64,000 bases of DNA from Sedimentisphaerales bacterium (GTDB lineage Bacteria; Planctomycetota; Phycisphaerae; Sedimentisphaerales; SM23-30), in contig CAXXFK010000026.1 in NCBI GenBank assembly GCA_963663965.2, forward strand, positions 1 to 64,000. Reading direction: 5' to 3'. How positions within the stretch are numbered: the stretch's first letter is position 1; every line of letters begins with the position of its first letter. Below the pieces are notes generated by a model, which made no database searches, was not told the origin of the DNA, and saw only the letters and a list, made by a program, of their open reading frames with translations. The position numbers were made by a program, and so were the translations under genes. Shown one piece after another: positions 62,011 to 64,000 of the stretch.

Positions 62011-63096
62011 CTAAATGGGATACTTTTCAAACAATTTTGCCCATTCTGAATCTGCGATCAAACGCATTCGACGTTTGCCTTCGGTGGGCCACCAGATATA
62101 ATCGTGATATAGAAATGAACCAAAAATAAAAAAGTAAACAATCGGCGTATGGAACATGAGATATTGAAGGAATTTGAAAGGCCCAAACCAGAATTGTTTC
62201 CCAACCCGACTTACCGCGTTATCTGTTTGATGGAATTGAAAATTGACCTGGGATATATCTTCACCTGAAATTTCTATTTCATCAATTCGACCGGTTCCGA
62301 GTCCCTGTTCATGAGCCATACGGATGCATTTGATGGACATGGGATCAAACCCCATTAATTTAGCAGATATGGCATCAATGGCAACGCTATCGTTAGATGC
62401 CAGGATGTAATCTTTGATCATAGGAATCATGGTTCGCGGCCCCGCACCATTACCGGCGACAGTGCCGTCCATAATCGTGAAAATACCGCTATGGATCTCT
62501 TTTTGAACAGCCAGCAAATCGACCAGGGTTTCGTGGATTACACTGTGGGTATAGTGGCGTTTGGTATTCAAGAGGCCACCAAAAGCGTTTTTCATGGCGC
62601 CAGTCATTGTTGTATAGATATGACATTTGACGGTAGGAAGATGAATAATGTTTTTATCAAAGAAGAAATCTGGTATCTGGATGCCTTTTGGAAAAACTTT
62701 ATCGAGGACGAGCATTTTTGCTTTGGGCTCATAAGTGATCCACTTCATGTGCCGGGGATTAAAATTAAACCGAACAGGCACTTCATGTTTTCCCAGAACT
62801 TTAGTATACCGATTCAGGCGTTCCCCTTTATAAGGATTGGTAACTACCGTACGGTTTTCCACACAAACAATATCCTGATAGTTACGTTTTTTAAGCGCCA
62901 GAATGGTTCCTTCCAACTGCCATGGAGTCGTATTGGCGCTTAAAAAGGGCATATGCCAGGAAATATTATCTTTTAGAATCGTGGTTTTGTTTACCGGCAA
63001 GGAGGGTTCGATCTCAGCCAGTTGAACCAGTTTGTCTATGTCTTCCAGTACGGTTTCGGCTTTAGTTTTGAGAACAGCTACCTTGGAACAGGCCAT
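62011..63096 (-). CDS. DUF362 domain protein
   Basis: LK.N, T.P, HLPTVKCH..T.MTGAMKN.FG, IMDG...G.G.GP, D.VAID. Confidence 0.82.
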   Translation of the reverse strand: MACSKVAVLKTKAETVLEDIDKLVQLAEIEPSLPVNKTTILKDNISWHMPFLSANTTPWQLEGTILALKKRNYQDIVCVENRTVVTNPYKGERLNRYTKVLGKHEVPVRFNFNPRHMKWITYEPKAKMLVLDKVFPKGIQIPDFFFDKNIIHLPTVKCHIYTTMTGAMKNAFGGLLNTKRHYTHSVIHETLVDLLAVQKEIHSGIFTIMDGTVAGNGAGPRTMIPMIKDYILASNDSVAIDAISAKLMGFDPMSIKCIRMAHEQGLGTGRIDEIEISGEDISQVNFQFHQTDNAVSRVGKQFWFGPFKFLQYLMFHTPIVYFFIFGSFLYHDYIWWPTEGKRRMRLIADSEWAKLFEKYPI

Positions 63097-63158
63097 AATA
63101 AAAATCTCCCAAACATTGAAAATTATCCAACGGAAGTTATTACACCGATAGAAATTTG

Positions 63159-64000
63159 TTATTTGTGAAAGAATGTTTCGATCAGATAGTGGTCGAGCTT
63201 GTTGCCATTATTGACGACGACATAAGCCAAGACTATCCATATCAACAGATTCAGTAATGATGGTATATCTCTGATAATTGACTGGGTAGGATCTTCGCCC
63301 TTTTTGAGATGGTACATAAGATAAAGGTATCTAAATATGCCATAGATTACAGAGGGAACTGTAATGATCATGGTTCTGGTGCCGAGGACTTCCTGGCTGC
63401 AAGTGCGATCGTCAACCGTGTAAAGTGCGTAACAGATTATGGTCGCGCCAGTCACAATCGCGATCAATTGATCAAGGAATTTTATACTGTAATCTTTAAG
63501 GACATGACGGGTGATGGTTGTATCTGATTCCGTAACAATCAATTCGGCTCGACGTTTGGCAAAACCAAGAAACAGGGATATCATAATCGTACAAAGCAAA
63601 ATCCAATGCGACGGTTTGGTGGCAATCGCAACGCTACCGGCCAATATTCTTAAGAGAAATCCAGCTGAAATCGTCATAATGTCGAGTATCGCCACATATT
63701 TCAATATCATTGAGTACGCTAGGCTTAAGAAAAAGTAAGCGAGAATTACCCAGATTAACACGGTATTTACCAAAAGACTAATACCAAGACTGCTGAATAA
63801 AAAAATGATCAGCAGAATAATCGCATCACGTGGCAGGATCGTTCGATTCGCGAGTGGTCTTGATTTTTTTATGGGATGATTGCGGTCTTCATTTTGATCG
63901 CATAAATCATTGAAAATATATATGGCACTGGAAATCAGACAAAAACTTAAAAAGGCCTTGATCGCTTGAATATCCGCATTGGCATTTAAATATTGTCGAG
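63159..64000 (-). CDS. UbiA-family polyprenyl-phosphate phosphoribosyltransferase-like membrane protein (5' end beyond window)
   Basis: In-frame upstream YIFNDLCDQNEDRNHPIKKSRPLA; GFLLRILAG, FLGFAKRRAE, YGIFRY, GEDPT. Confidence 0.88.
   Translation of the reverse strand, partial: RQYLNANADIQAIKAFLSFCLISSAIYIFNDLCDQNEDRNHPIKKSRPLANRTILPRDAIILLIIFLFSSLGISLLVNTVLIWVILAYFFLSLAYSMILKYVAILDIMTISAGFLLRILAGSVAIATKPSHWILLCTIMISLFLGFAKRRAELIVTESDTTITRHVLKDYSIKFLDQLIAIVTGATIICYALYTVDDRTCSQEVLGTRTMIITVPSVIYGIFRYLYLMYHLKKGEDPTQSIIRDIPSLLNLLIWIVLAYVVVNNGNKLDHYLIETFFHK

Noticed and set aside
1..64000. CRISPR array, rRNA, prophage, defence system or alternative genetic code
   Set aside because: No regularly spaced repeats or such genes seen; gene breaks are frameshifts rather than in-frame stops. 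Remaining short overlapping ORFs in the track are treated as shadows.

Overview
Bacterial chromosomal segment, most likely Planctomycetota (Phycisphaerae, Sedimentisphaerales-like). This is inferred from the many sulfatases, PQQ-type beta-propellers, Tat-exported Gfo/Idh/MocA and DUF1080 proteins, a CotH/lamin-tail giant protein and W-terminated dockerin-like motifs. Contents: housekeeping genes (pdxA, ribE, gltA, degP, clpS, gltX, hemW, M42 peptidase, ROK kinase), tRNA-Gln(CTG) and tRNA-Cys(GCA), and a glycosyltransferase cluster (GT4/GT9/GT2 plus a methyltransferase). It also holds glycan-degradation genes (3 sulfatases, 2 GH127/GH146-like, a GH99/WbsX-like enzyme), an lpoB-COG3014-ycfL lipoprotein operon, an orphan cheX-cheY pair, a complete ISL3 with 8-bp TSD and a 178-bp MITE. 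Many genes in the first ~29 kb are split by single-base insertions, probably long-read errors. Most notable: (1) an XRE-like helix-turn-helix inserted into GluRS right after the KMSKS loop, in an enzyme that also looks non-discriminating; (2) a 28-codon miniature bL34-like gene with its own promoter and RBS, missed by the ORF track; (3) several dockerin-like modules, including an orphan one; (4) a secreted multidomain cyclophilin separated from tolC by a perfect 24-bp palindrome with a CRP-consensus core. All protein calls come from motif recognition by eye; no database searches were run.
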